IMG/VR virus record: IMGVR_UViG_3300042366_000731
Span: 1-34,518 of that record
Source of the DNA: a virus
Lineage: Duplodnaviria > Caudoviricetes
Strand: one strand, 5' to 3'
DNA length: 34,518 bases
Position 1 is the stretch's first letter; every line of letters begins with the position of its first letter. Under the pieces are notes generated by a model, which worked only from the letters and a program-made list of their open reading frames with translations, made no database searches and was not told the origin of the DNA. Shown in pieces: positions 1-10,112 of this stretch. The translations under genes were made by a program, and so were the position numbers.

Positions 1-127
1 GTAAGCCACTTCATCTTTTTCTTCTAGCCCTCCCAGGAATATTCTATTACCGCCTGACACCATAAATTTAGACGATGGTGCCTGGTCATTTTGTAGAATA
101 CCGCCTTGGGTGTACAGGAGTTGATTG
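1..127. repeat. Terminal direct repeat, left copy (127 bp); circularity overlap
   Basis: Bases 1-127 (gtaagccact...gagttgattg) are identical to 34392-34518, and a reading frame runs through the junction. Confidence 0.97.
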
Positions 128-2088
128 TCTACAATGTCTGCATCTGCAGCAATATCAGTTAACGAAATAAGCGAACCATCATTAGGAAGAAAATACCCTG
201 TAGATTGCAATTTATAAAACGTAGCTCCATTATTCGTAGTTCTAAACAGAGTAATCATTATCCCTGAGTAATTATCAGAGTTAATTTTCAATGACCCAAA
301 AGGACTGTTAATAAAAATGCGGATTGATTCTGTGCTTGCAGATGTTGGTCCTATGGTCACGATTGGAGAAGCTGCAGAGAAACTTAGCTGTCCGTTGGCA
401 TCAAAATACTCATAGATTGCTACATAGGAAAATGTTTTACTAGCAACTGCAGGAGTAGGAAACGCAGAAGTAACTGTCTCTGCTATGACCGCAGGAGGTG
501 ACTGCCAAAATCCATTTTCGTAAAACCCTCTGCCATCAAACTCTAGTAATGACCCAGAGTTATAATAAATAGAAGCACCTAGTTTTGACTTCATTCCAGA
601 ATCAGATGCTTGGTTGATAAACGTTCTTTTTGTTCCAACGAAATTTAACGGTGCTTCAGTAGCCTCTCTTACAGCAACAGTGTAAACTGAAGGGTAAAAT
701 ATTGATGATATTGATGCAGTTACCTGTGGACTATTTGACACCTGAAAGTTTGGTAAAGTAAAAAGATCCTGTGCATAGGTAGCGTTTATAGAGAACTTTT
801 GCTTCACATAGCCAGTCAAAAACTCAACTACGTAACCATTGTTCTGATTCTCTTCTTGTAAGTGAATTACACCGTATGGAATAGAGTTAATAAATATAGG
901 TTTTGATAAAATCTTAGGTCTATAAATTAGCTTGGTATTATCTGGAACTGCAGAAGTTGTATAACTAACCCTATTCATTTCAACTGATACAGCTTTTTTA
1001 GTCACAAACCCAGGATAAGGTTCTTCTAACGCTTCTGAGATAACATAGGCATAGCTTGCATCACATATAAGTGAAACTTTCCTTTGCTTTACTATGACAG
1101 AAACAGTTTTACGTGCCATCACAAGTGTAAATGAAGTATTAAAAGAGACTAATGATGTTTGTCCAGCAGTAGCACCATTTCCGTCTATATATGCAAGAAC
1201 GACGTGGTTAGCAGTAGCATATAGATCAATGCCACATGGTGATCCAGAGACAAGATAATTACCACCCACTAGAGTATAGGTCCCAGTCAATACAGGAGTC
1301 GTTCCGCCTGCTAATGTAAACTTATAAAGAGCAACACTTGCTGTTGAGATAGTGGCTACATAAATTGTAGAACCGTTTCTATATGCACAAAATCCTGCGT
1401 TATCAAAATTTAGTGAACCTATCACTGCAGATGAAGTAAGAGTCAAATCCTTATCATATATGTTTACCTGAAACCCATTACCGCCTGTAGCGGACTGGGG
1501 AACAAACACAAAGAATGATGGGTTAGTAGAAGTTCCAACAACAAATACCCTAGCATTGTTTCTTTTTGCTATTACGCTTGATAAGAATATTGCTAGTGAT
1601 TTTTCTTTTCTGGTGTTTGATACGTAATCTTCATAAATTAATGATGCTTGATAAGGTTCTGCAGTAGGATCACCTACTTTATAGCATATAGATGCAAACA
1701 CATTATTTTGAAAGTCAGCGTCTGGACCTATTTCTTGAAACGAGCTCTTAGAGAAAAACTCTGAATCAACACTAATGGCATTCTTAAAGTCAGAGATTTT
1801 CTTCCAGGCATTCTCTTGGTTAAATAACGTGTAGACACCGTTAGAAGTAATTGCTGCAATCTTATCTTCATCCGAGGCAATAGCACTGACTGTATATGAT
1901 GAAAGGTTTCCGCCATTAATTGAATCTGATAATTGAACAAAACCAAAACGCTTAGATAATTTACCAGTCTTTTGGAAACGCACATTTTGAAGCAGTAATG
2001 CTCTTCCTGCCATGACTTGCTTACTATCTGTCTTTGTGTCCATTCCTTCAGATATTGGAATAGAAACGGTCTGTCTTTGGAGTGCCAT
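1..2088 (-). CDS. Tail nozzle / tubular protein B-like (P22 gp10 / T7 gp12 type), 5' part; full gene about 1009 aa across the junction
   Basis: Not in the ORF track. ATG at 2088 abuts the upstream stop. Manual translation MALQRQTVSIPISEGMDTKTDSKQV...GGLEEKDEVAY stays open to base 1 and continues in frame at 34391 (SKKQLF...). Beta-rich, and lies between the adaptor and ejection genes. Confidence 0.8.
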   Translation of the reverse strand, partial: MALQRQTVSIPISEGMDTKTDSKQVMAGRALLLQNVRFQKTGKLSKRFGFVQLSDSINGGNLSSYTVSAIASDEDKIAAITSNGVYTLFNQENAWKKISDFKNAISVDSEFFSKSSFQEIGPDADFQNNVFASICYKVGDPTAEPYQASLIYEDYVSNTRKEKSLAIFLSSVIAKRNNARVFVVGTSTNPSFFVFVPQSATGGNGFQVNIYDKDLTLTSSAVIGSLNFDNAGFCAYRNGSTIYVATISTASVALYKFTLAGGTTPVLTGTYTLVGGNYLVSGSPCGIDLYATANHVVLAYIDGNGATAGQTSLVSFNTSFTLVMARKTVSVIVKQRKVSLICDASYAYVISEALEEPYPGFVTKKAVSVEMNRVSYTTSAVPDNTKLIYRPKILSKPIFINSIPYGVIHLQEENQNNGYVVEFLTGYVKQKFSINATYAQDLFTLPNFQVSNSPQVTASISSIFYPSVYTVAVREATEAPLNFVGTKRTFINQASDSGMKSKLGASIYYNSGSLLEFDGRGFYENGFWQSPPAVIAETVTSAFPTPAVASKTFSYVAIYEYFDANGQLSFSAASPIVTIGPTSASTESIRIFINSPFGSLKINSDNYSGIMITLFRTTNNGATFYKLQSTGYFLPNDGSLISLTDIAADADIVDNQLLYTQGGILQNDQAPSSKFMVSGGNRIFLGGLEEKDEVAY

Positions 2089-2388
2089 TTAAAATATCCA
2101 AACTTTAATAGTTACTGTAGCAGACGAGTCAAACGTAATAGTCTTCTCATCCGATGATGTTTTCCAAATATTTGCATCTGCATTCTGGTCTAAAACTATC
2201 CAACCAAGTGGAACGCTACCTAGTCCGTGATTAATTGTAGCAGTAGCAGGAGTAATTGTGGCAGAAAAAACATTCCCGACAAGAAATGGGTTGTTGATAA
2301 ATTGCTTATTGAATTCTTCAGTAAATTGTACAGTTTTTGAAAGATTATATTCTAAGCCAGTCAGTTTCTTGTATGGTTTTAGTTCCAT
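2089..2388 (-). CDS. Small beta-rich virion protein
   Basis: 99-aa ORF coupled to both neighbours; contains the 'TINHGLGSVP' motif common in phage tail-associated domains. Confidence 0.6.
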   Translation of the reverse strand: MELKPYKKLTGLEYNLSKTVQFTEEFNKQFINNPFLVGNVFSATITPATATINHGLGSVPLGWIVLDQNADANIWKTSSDEKTITFDSSATVTIKVWIF

Positions 2389-3056
2389 AGGTTTCTGAAT
2401 CCTGCATAATTGGAATCAGTATCAACTACCCTTGCAGGTTCACCCGAATCTCTTCCTGCAGAAGCGGAAAGAATTCTTTGACGCATACTTTCTTTAGCTA
2501 ATAATAGCTCTTCAACCGGTGACTCTTCTTTGACTCTCATTTTTATTGCTGCATCTATAACGACATACTCTTCATAACCATTAATGCCATTAAATGAGTC
2601 AGTATCTAATGTTAGCTCTTGAGGTAATGGAATATACCATAATCTGATTTGCTGTGATCCGTTAGGTGTAGGGATAAAAACAAGATCATCACCACGTACC
2701 TGGTACATTAAATTGTAGTTTCTAACGTTATAAAACGGCTCTCTGAATCTATTTCTTTCCTGCCATCTAAATGCTTTTAAAGTTATTGCTTGTGTTGATG
2801 ATGTAACAAAATCAACACCCATAAGTTTATAAAAGTCTGCAGGTAGAGCGTATGTGTCCTGGTTGATACTCGTCGTGAAGTTATAGCTTAGAACAAAATA
2901 ATTTTCACCACGAGAGGCAATTAAGAGATCATAAAGCTCTGCATTTGAAGCGTTTATATAGGTATTTAATTCGGCATCAGTAACAAACTTAGAGTTAACC
3001 ATATCAGCACGTTGCCGTGATCTATTTCTCAATTCTAAAAGTGTTACGGATGCCAT
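2379..3056 (-). CDS. Head-tail adaptor / tail tubular protein A-like
   Basis: 225 aa. N-terminus 'TLLELRNRSRQRADM...DAELNTYIN' and 'IPTP...WYIPLP' motifs; located between capsid and nozzle genes. Confidence 0.7.
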   Translation of the reverse strand: MASVTLLELRNRSRQRADMVNSKFVTDAELNTYINASNAELYDLLIASRGENYFVLSYNFTTSINQDTYALPADFYKLMGVDFVTSSTQAITLKAFRWQERNRFREPFYNVRNYNLMYQVRGDDLVFIPTPNGSQQIRLWYIPLPQELTLDTDSFNGINGYEEYVVIDAAIKMRVKEESPVEELLLAKESMRQRILSASAGRDSGEPARVVDTDSNYAGFRNLWN

Positions 3057-3068
3057 AATTATTAACCT

Positions 3069-3329
3069 TTACAAGGAAATTTCTATCTCAGCGCCTTCTT
3101 CTTCTTCCTCTGGTTCAAGAGCGTCCACTTCATGATCAAGAGCAATGAAAGCAGATATGACCTTATTAGGATCTTTACTTTCAATTGCTTTCAAAAATTC
3201 CATAGCGCACATTTTAACAGAGTCAGGATACATTGCAGGCATAGTTGAGTAGGCTTTTTTCCCACCGATAATGCCTTCAATGAGACCGTCTGAAATTTTC
3301 TTTTTATCAACTCCTAACATAATTGGCAT
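3069..3329 (-). CDS. Hypothetical protein with acidic C-terminus
   Basis: 86-aa ORF with a GAGG SD, within the structural operon. Confidence 0.65.
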   Translation of the reverse strand: MPIMLGVDKKKISDGLIEGIIGGKKAYSTMPAMYPDSVKMCAMEFLKAIESKDPNKVISAFIALDHEVDALEPEEEEEGAEIEISL

Positions 3330-3338
3330 AAAAACCTC

Positions 3339-3731
3339 TTAATTATCAAACGGCCCGTAAGAAGATTTTCTAAATACGACAACGAAAGAAACTACGGTTC
3401 CAGCAGAGGGATCAGCGGCTACACCAGAAAAATTTAGTGCTTCTATTTTGAACTTTTTATCTGCTTGAACGTCGGCTTGTAACGTCGAAGGATTTTCTTT
3501 TACGTATGCTTGTGCAATGTTTGGAGCAGTGGCAGAAACAATACCAGCAGAAACGAAAAGTAAACGTGACCATGAATCTTCCATTTCAAATTCATAAAGC
3601 CCTGTTCCTACTTTTGTAACTCCTGCAATACCGCCACCCTTTACAATTGCAACAGCTCCGGCAGCTCCAATAACAACAGACCCAAAGAGAGTGACAGTGT
3701 CCTTCTCGAGGGTATATTGGAATTGTGACAT
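3339..3731 (-). CDS. Putative capsid decoration / minor head protein (start may be ATA at 3746)
   Basis: 130 aa, beta-rich, first gene after the major capsid gene. Confidence 0.6.
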   Translation of the reverse strand: MSQFQYTLEKDTVTLFGSVVIGAAGAVAIVKGGGIAGVTKVGTGLYEFEMEDSWSRLLFVSAGIVSATAPNIAQAYVKENPSTLQADVQADKKFKIEALNFSGVAADPSAGTVVSFVVVFRKSSYGPFDN

Positions 3732-3819
3732 ATATCTATTACCTATATAGTTACCCTTCCTTTTTTACCAGGTATAAACCCGATACCTTAGTTTTATCCG
3801 CTAAGTCGGTCATCCTTTA

Positions 3820-3844
3820 TTAAGGGAGGTTTTTACACCTCCCC
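3820..3844 (-). terminator. Hairpin after the major capsid gene (probably a leaky terminator)
   Basis: GGGAGGT-gtaaaa-ACCTCCC stem about 11 nt after the capsid stop, followed by only TTAAT. Confidence 0.6.
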
Positions 3845-3854
3845 ACTGTTGTTA

Positions 3855-5066
3855 TTAGATAGTGAATGATCCAGAAGAACCTGGCCAGTATGAAGCAATC
3901 TGAGCGTAGTAACCTACTCTGATTTCTGCTGAGTCATCGTTAGATACTCGGAGCATTTTAAGTCCGTCCATATCTAGGATCATCGGCATACCTTCAAGGG
4001 AGTGGATTTTCCACATATCAAGTTGAAGCATTTGCATTTTGTTATCAGGACAGTTTCTGTCCGGGATAACAGTAGCAATTGATTTACCAAGGTTAACTTT
4101 TACACCCTGGAAACCAATGTTTGCATCTTTTGCAATTACGTCAACGAATTGAACTTTAGATCCAAGTGCTTTAGTAAGATCAGCGTACTTTTGGAATGAC
4201 ATGAATACGTGATCAACTTTACCGCCATCTCGTCCAATCTTCATTCCGCCCTGGATAAGAGCTTCTTCGATAGGAAGAGCAGAAAGATCACCACGAAAAC
4301 CTGCAAGACGAGTAACGTCAACAGAACGGTCAACACCAAACCAGTTATCACCTGAAGTAGGAGCAACGGCAGGAAGCCATCCAGAAAGACCTTTCATTTT
4401 CTTATCGTAGTCACCTTCGATAGAGATGAAGTCGTTAACAGTAGCAGCTGCGATAGAAGTAGAAATGTTTGCATCAACTGTAACTTGTCCAAGTTCACGG
4501 TCAACTGCAACAACAGTCATAACACCAGAACGAACAGATCCACCGCCATTAGTAGCAGATAGTTTTAGCTTGTAATCAACTTCAAAGAAAACAACGTCTT
4601 CAGGATTACGAAGTTTGATTAGTGTAGAAGCTAGTACAGTAGTTGAGTCCAATTGACCGATAACACCTGAGCCGTTCCCGTAAAGAGCTTGGGCAGCAGA
4701 GTTAGTAACGTTCAACTGAGCTGAATCAATTTCTTGCTTAAGAGCAGAAACGAATGCACCAGAGTTATTCTTAGAAGCAAGAATCAATTCGTTTGTGATT
4801 CTAGCAACAGCATAGTCAGACGCTCTTGTGTAACGGAAAGCAACGTTTTTAACGTTAGTTGAGTTAGACTGAGCAGTAGCAAACGTAGAAGATCGTCCTG
4901 CGTTTGGAGCATACTTTAAAGGCGCTTTTGCATCTTCGCCATAAAAGTCAGTAGCCTTTGGCATAAGAGCTAGAAGAGGATTGTCTTTATAAGTTGCGTC
5001 TTTTGGTAGACCTGAAGGGTAAAGCGTCTTTAGAATAGCCGCCATGTTGATAGTTGTAGCTGTCAT
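3855..5066 (-). CDS. Major capsid protein
   Basis: 403 aa; follows portal and scaffold; AAGGA SD; codon choice typical of high expression (GCT/TCT/CGT); downstream hairpin. Confidence 0.85.
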   Translation of the reverse strand: MTATTINMAAILKTLYPSGLPKDATYKDNPLLALMPKATDFYGEDAKAPLKYAPNAGRSSTFATAQSNSTNVKNVAFRYTRASDYAVARITNELILASKNNSGAFVSALKQEIDSAQLNVTNSAAQALYGNGSGVIGQLDSTTVLASTLIKLRNPEDVVFFEVDYKLKLSATNGGGSVRSGVMTVVAVDRELGQVTVDANISTSIAAATVNDFISIEGDYDKKMKGLSGWLPAVAPTSGDNWFGVDRSVDVTRLAGFRGDLSALPIEEALIQGGMKIGRDGGKVDHVFMSFQKYADLTKALGSKVQFVDVIAKDANIGFQGVKVNLGKSIATVIPDRNCPDNKMQMLQLDMWKIHSLEGMPMILDMDGLKMLRVSNDDSAEIRVGYYAQIASYWPGSSGSFTI

Positions 5067-5078
5067 GAGTGATTTCCT

Positions 5079-5963
5079 TTAGAAAGATTTAAGTTGTTGT
5101 TCAAATAATTTTGCCGCTGCTCTCAATCTTTCTTCTTCGGTTTTCAGCTCAGGACTATTTGCTGATGATTGTGAGAACGAGTCATCGAGTGTGAATTGGC
5201 CCATAACTTTCGAGCCGAAAAAATCATCATCGGCATTTACACCGAGAAGTTTTTTTACCTTGTTAGATTTTGCCATGCCCTGCACCGTCTCTTCAAGTTT
5301 TTTCTCATAGAGCTGACACGCTTCATCAAAAGTCATAAGTTTTGGTGCACCTGACTCAGCAGTCTTTAAGTAGACCTGCTTAATAACACTAAAGACCTCG
5401 TCAGCAGCTTCAAACGTAGTAATCAATTCAAAATCATCTGCCTTAGATTGTATAAACTTCTTTAGCTCTGCATTATAGTATTTGCTTTGCTCCTCGATCT
5501 CTTGATTCTTTTTAAGTGAATCTTGTTCGGCAAATTTTTCCTCAAGTAACTTTTTGTATTCTTCATCTTTTGCAGATAGCTGAGTTTTTAACTCTTTTAA
5601 CTGTTTCTGGATTGGATCAAGCTCTTCATCTGTTAGCGAGGCGAGCATTTTATCCTGGAGCTCTTCAAACTTAAGACCTTTCTTTTTAAAAAACTCTGAA
5701 GGATTTTCAGTGGCAAGACGATCAAGTTGTTCCCACTCTGAAAACTTCTTTTCTTTTTCTTCCATGTCCTTAAGTTTTTGTTGCCAGGATTTCTGTTTCT
5801 CTAACAATCCACGCTCTTTTTTCGCTAGTAGTGCAAGTTTTTGTGACCAATCATCAACTTGTGGTGCAGATGATTCTACTTCGATTGACTCAGAGGCATT
5901 GTTAATAACTTCAGGATTTACTGCCTGTGATACGATTGACTCTGTGATTGAACCTGTTTCCAT
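5079..5963 (-). CDS. Capsid scaffolding protein
   Basis: 294 aa, highly charged and coiled-coil-like, between portal and capsid; AGGAG SD. Confidence 0.75.
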   Translation of the reverse strand: METGSITESIVSQAVNPEVINNASESIEVESSAPQVDDWSQKLALLAKKERGLLEKQKSWQQKLKDMEEKEKKFSEWEQLDRLATENPSEFFKKKGLKFEELQDKMLASLTDEELDPIQKQLKELKTQLSAKDEEYKKLLEEKFAEQDSLKKNQEIEEQSKYYNAELKKFIQSKADDFELITTFEAADEVFSVIKQVYLKTAESGAPKLMTFDEACQLYEKKLEETVQGMAKSNKVKKLLGVNADDDFFGSKVMGQFTLDDSFSQSSANSPELKTEEERLRAAAKLFEQQLKSF

Positions 5964-5972
5964 ATAGACTCC

Positions 5973-7787
5973 TTATTGAATACCAGTTTCGGGTTGAGCT
6001 TGCATTAATGCTTGTTCTTCTAGTGACATTTCAGGCATAGCAGGAACAGGAGGCATCATCTGCTCTTTAAGTGATAGCGCATCATTGATCCATTTTTGTA
6101 AAAGATCCAACCTATCAATAGGCAATCCCCTAGACTTCATCCTTAGATAAGTTGAGTTCATGTACTGGATACCATAATCAAGATTCTGATAAGGTTCTGG
6201 TGGGTTATAAATGCCATCCTCAATGATGGTATAAACCGTCCATTTAATATCATCTGTGCCTGCGTTTTTGTTTTCTGTTATTTCTGAAATGTCTGGGAAC
6301 TCTAGAAGACTTAAACCTTCTTGTGGTTCTAATAATCCAGCGGCAAGCATTTCTTGGACGTAAGCAAGTCTACCTGCAGGAGTTTTAGGTAACATAGAAG
6401 TTGGGTATGCCTGCATCACATACTCAGAGTTTTTAAGTTTGATCTTTTTAAAGTCAATCTTCTGAGCACCATATTTATCAGGTGATAACACCACTACGTT
6501 CCCACCCTCGTCTGCAATCTGTTTAGAGTGATCTATAATTGCGTCTGCTAGGTCTAAATGGAATTGCTCCCAGGCCTGAGATAATTCAGCAAATCTTTCT
6601 GTTTCAATATCATTGTATTCCCTAAGTGCTTTACCAGAATCAAGTCCACTAGGTTTTTTAGACTGTGCAGTCAACTGTGATAATCCAATCTCCTCAAATG
6701 CTTTTTGATAAACAGTAAGGAACCAGTCAATCACTGCAGGATTAATACCCATAGGAAAGTTATATGAAGGAGGTGCACCTTTATATTTAACAATAGTCCC
6801 AACTTCGTTGTTAAAATGCGTGTCAATAATCTCTGACATATAATCAACCAAGATGTTTGGTGACGACATGATGTTCATAGATCTTGATATACGTCTTAGC
6901 ATTCTGTTGATTTCAATTTGATGGCCTGTAATAATTTCAGAAATGCCTTTAGAGAAGTATCCAACTGCATTAGGCACATATTGAATTCTAACGTAAGGTA
7001 TTTTTTCTTTCTCAAAGTCTTCATAAAGAAATGTAGCAGTGGAAATACCAATAAAATGCTTACCTTTATGTAGGATTTTATTACCATCCTTGTCATAAGT
7101 CACATGGGCACATCGGTATGCTTCAACTACAACGGCAAGTTGATGGTTAGACTCAAACGAATCAATAAAGAATGGAATGTCAGTAATACTTGCCTCTGCA
7201 ATCTCAACAGCAAAATCAGGATACTTTTCTTTTAACGTCCCCTTATCAACAACTCTCACTTCGTAAATAGTTTTAGGCTCCATTCCATACATAACCTCTG
7301 CCTGGTTAACTACAAGACATGGTTTAAATACTTTCTTTAAATGGATATTACCCTGGGCATCATGCCAGTGCTTAATAAACCCATCACCGAATATAAGAGC
7401 ATCTCTTAATGCTTTTTTAGATTCTTCATAAACCTTAGATTTATAGAATTGCCCATAGACATATTTAGACAGCTTCTTTGCTTGTTGTTGCATTCCCCAG
7501 TCACCATCATCTGTTAAAAATGATGGCCTAACTTTATTCTTTGCAATCTTAGATACAAGCGTATTAGTAGCAGCCTGCACTATGTTCATAGTGAATTTAG
7601 CGTCCAGGGTGTCAAACGTAAGATTGAAAGTAAAAGCAGAATAAAGAGGTAGACCAGAATAGAGTCTAAAATGCCTCTCATCTAAGTCCTCCTGGGCAGT
7701 TTGGTTTCTTCTTATGTTTCCTGCGGTTTCAAATACTCTTTTATGTGGATCTTTTTCTAAGTCCCACCAGTTTTTTTGTAATTCCAT
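5973..7787 (-). CDS. Portal protein (podoviral / P22-like)
   Basis: 604 aa downstream of the large terminase; 'DALIFGDG', 'GYFSKGISE' and 'SGKAL' motifs; P/Q/M-rich tail. Confidence 0.85.
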   Translation of the reverse strand: MELQKNWWDLEKDPHKRVFETAGNIRRNQTAQEDLDERHFRLYSGLPLYSAFTFNLTFDTLDAKFTMNIVQAATNTLVSKIAKNKVRPSFLTDDGDWGMQQQAKKLSKYVYGQFYKSKVYEESKKALRDALIFGDGFIKHWHDAQGNIHLKKVFKPCLVVNQAEVMYGMEPKTIYEVRVVDKGTLKEKYPDFAVEIAEASITDIPFFIDSFESNHQLAVVVEAYRCAHVTYDKDGNKILHKGKHFIGISTATFLYEDFEKEKIPYVRIQYVPNAVGYFSKGISEIITGHQIEINRMLRRISRSMNIMSSPNILVDYMSEIIDTHFNNEVGTIVKYKGAPPSYNFPMGINPAVIDWFLTVYQKAFEEIGLSQLTAQSKKPSGLDSGKALREYNDIETERFAELSQAWEQFHLDLADAIIDHSKQIADEGGNVVVLSPDKYGAQKIDFKKIKLKNSEYVMQAYPTSMLPKTPAGRLAYVQEMLAAGLLEPQEGLSLLEFPDISEITENKNAGTDDIKWTVYTIIEDGIYNPPEPYQNLDYGIQYMNSTYLRMKSRGLPIDRLDLLQKWINDALSLKEQMMPPVPAMPEMSLEEQALMQAQPETGIQ

Positions 7788-7999
7788 TAATTAGCTCTCA
7801 GTTTAAGGTTAGAAGCAGAATAATATAAATCATCTTCAGTAATCTTTTCAGAAGAACCAATGCTAGGCAACACGTTTGATTCTGATATGTACTTCACTGG
7901 GCTTATTTTGATCTCAATATCACCACTTTTAAATGATTCTACCGAGTGAGATCTTAGTACGTGTAAAAGCCTGTCTAGTTCTTCAGTATTGATACTCAT
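7787..7999 (-). CDS. Small hypothetical protein between terL and portal
   Basis: 70-aa ORF overlapping both neighbours. Confidence 0.65.
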   Translation of the reverse strand: MSINTEELDRLLHVLRSHSVESFKSGDIEIKISPVKYISESNVLPSIGSSEKITEDDLYYSASNLKLRAN

Positions 8000-9362
8000 T
8001 TTGTTTTCTCCTCATATCTGAAAGTTGTTTTGCGTATGCATCCATGTATTCATTTGAATCTATGTCTTCTGGTTTTGGTTGTTCTTTCCAAAGATAATTT
8101 CTAGCTTCCCGCCAACTATATAACATGGCGTCATTGCAATGATTAGGTATTCTAGGATCTTCTATTTGTTTTGTTTCATCTTTCCATTGAAGTGATTCTT
8201 GTTCGGAAATTAAAGAATCTGTTGTTGCTTTAAAGTATTTGATTCTTCCTCTTGTTACATCATCGGCCATGATTTTAAGGAAAGATGCTTTATCTTCTTT
8301 CTTTGCTGCCTCTAATGGAATGTTGTGACGATTTCTCATTTCCATTACACCCTGTTTATTGGCACCATCAACTATAATTTTTGCTATGGGATAACGTCTT
8401 AAATAATCTTTTATTCGATTTGCAGTATCAGTTATATCAAGCTCGTTTTCTTTGTACGCTTCTACGACATATAGCTCCGGAGATTTTGCATGAAAAGCAG
8501 TTAAAACAAATGAGCAATCATCATTATAACCAAGATCAACACCGAGGATATATGTAGCGTTAACCAAGTGAATATGATCAATGATAGTATTTTCATTAAT
8601 CTTAATGATTAGTAACTTATCGTCTGCGCACCACTCATTAAGATAATGCGTTTTATATTCAGAGGTAAGCATGAACGTAGGGTTAAAGTTTTTAATCCAA
8701 TCTACGTGCTCTTGCCATTTATCCTTAATGTACGGGTTATCAAATGCAGACCATTTGTGGATAGACCATCCTGGCTCTTTTCCACTTGTAACCTGCTCAA
8801 AAAATGTTTTGGGTATATTCTCAGCAGTACCTAGCAAAGTTAACCTACCAGACACATCGGCAAGTGCAGGCATAATCATCTGGTAGCAAATCTTTTTTAA
8901 GTCTTGAGATATAGACCCAGCTTCATCAATTTTAACTGTTTTATATTTCCCTCCTAGAATCTTTCGCATCTCTTTATACGACGAATCTAACCCAAACAAT
9001 CTAATCTCTGACTTGTTATTAAGACGGATGATGCCCTGCTGCTCGTTTGATCTAAACTGAATCTTTTTTTCTTCTAGTTCATGGAGCATTATGTCCCAAA
9101 TGATATTCTTTGCAGACCCTAATGTAAGAGCACCATATAAGTGTTTTGTCTCTGCTTCATCTAGTGCAGTCTGAAGCGTTTCTTTTGCCTCTCCTGTTGA
9201 TTTACCAGCTCGCCTGGTACATTGGATGCCTTTAAGGATTGACTTGTCCTGAGATGCTTTAAATTGCTTTGTGAATGATTGATCTAAAAAGTTAACCTGT
9301 TGCCCGATGCCTCTACGCTTTAGTTCTTCGATAATTAATTTAAGTCGGGCGGCATCATTCAT
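7983..9362 (-). CDS. terL: Terminase large subunit
   Basis: Walker A 'TRRAGKST', Walker B 'VKIDEAG', and nuclease motifs 'GVDLGYND' and 'NHCNDAMLY'. Confidence 0.93.
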   Translation of the reverse strand: MNDAARLKLIIEELKRRGIGQQVNFLDQSFTKQFKASQDKSILKGIQCTRRAGKSTGEAKETLQTALDEAETKHLYGALTLGSAKNIIWDIMLHELEEKKIQFRSNEQQGIIRLNNKSEIRLFGLDSSYKEMRKILGGKYKTVKIDEAGSISQDLKKICYQMIMPALADVSGRLTLLGTAENIPKTFFEQVTSGKEPGWSIHKWSAFDNPYIKDKWQEHVDWIKNFNPTFMLTSEYKTHYLNEWCADDKLLIIKINENTIIDHIHLVNATYILGVDLGYNDDCSFVLTAFHAKSPELYVVEAYKENELDITDTANRIKDYLRRYPIAKIIVDGANKQGVMEMRNRHNIPLEAAKKEDKASFLKIMADDVTRGRIKYFKATTDSLISEQESLQWKDETKQIEDPRIPNHCNDAMLYSWREARNYLWKEQPKPEDIDSNEYMDAYAKQLSDMRRKQNEYQY

Positions 9363-9365
9363 TAT

Positions 9366-10112
9366 TTAATACTTCTCTTCGCAGAATATTCCACACTCAA
9401 TGTTATTTTTTGACTTTCTTCCTTTAGCATCTTCTGGAATTTCATCTAGAAAATATCTAACACCTTTGTACCTAATTAGTTTTGCACTAATCATCCTAGA
9501 TTGATTGCTTCTATGTTGGTAAATTTCTGGAAATTGAGTTTTTACTAACTTCCAATACTCAACTGAAGATGACTTAACGCAACTAATGCAATTTGCATTA
9601 GGAAAGTTTAAGGAATAAATGTAGGGCAGTTTGATATTTTGATCATTGAGTATTTTAAAACAATCATCTTTAGTAATTTTTAAGTCTATTAACACAGGCA
9701 ATAAAGGTTTTTCGGTTTGTATAAACCTTTCATGCCTTTTAATCTCATCATAAGTAAATCCTAAAACTGTGTAGTCTGGCCTATGTATTTCTTCCCATAC
9801 TTGCCTTGCTTTCTTTTTAAGAAGTGACGTACATGGAGCACCTTTTATACCAGACATATATTTTTTCTTTTCCCATACCTCAACACATGACTGGTTAGGG
9901 AAATTAGGATTAACAGCAAACTCTATTTTTTGACCCAACCATTTTTCAACGTCTTTTAAAAATCTTTGATTGTCTTCATGCTCTTCTTTTATTGGATTGT
10001 TTATTATTCTTATATCGTGTGTATTACCATATAGCTCAATAGTTTTTTTTGCTGCTACTGCTGAAGCAGCTCCACAAGAAAACCAAACTGCTATAAGTTT
10101 TTTATTATTCAT
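9366..10112 (-). CDS. PAPS-reductase-like (PP-loop, Cys-rich) protein
   Basis: PP-loop variant 'WFSCGAASAVA', plus 'GAPCTSLLK', 'NANCISCVK' and 'ECGIFC'. Confidence 0.75.
   Translation of the reverse strand: MNNKKLIAVWFSCGAASAVAAKKTIELYGNTHDIRIINNPIKEEHEDNQRFLKDVEKWLGQKIEFAVNPNFPNQSCVEVWEKKKYMSGIKGAPCTSLLKKKARQVWEEIHRPDYTVLGFTYDEIKRHERFIQTEKPLLPVLIDLKITKDDCFKILNDQNIKLPYIYSLNFPNANCISCVKSSSVEYWKLVKTQFPEIYQHRSNQSRMISAKLIRYKGVRYFLDEIPEDAKGRKSKNNIECGIFCEEKY

Noticed and set aside
1-127. 127-bp terminal repeat as a biological direct terminal repeat
   Set aside because: It falls inside a coding sequence and 127 is a common assembler k-mer length, so it is better explained as a circular assembly overlap.
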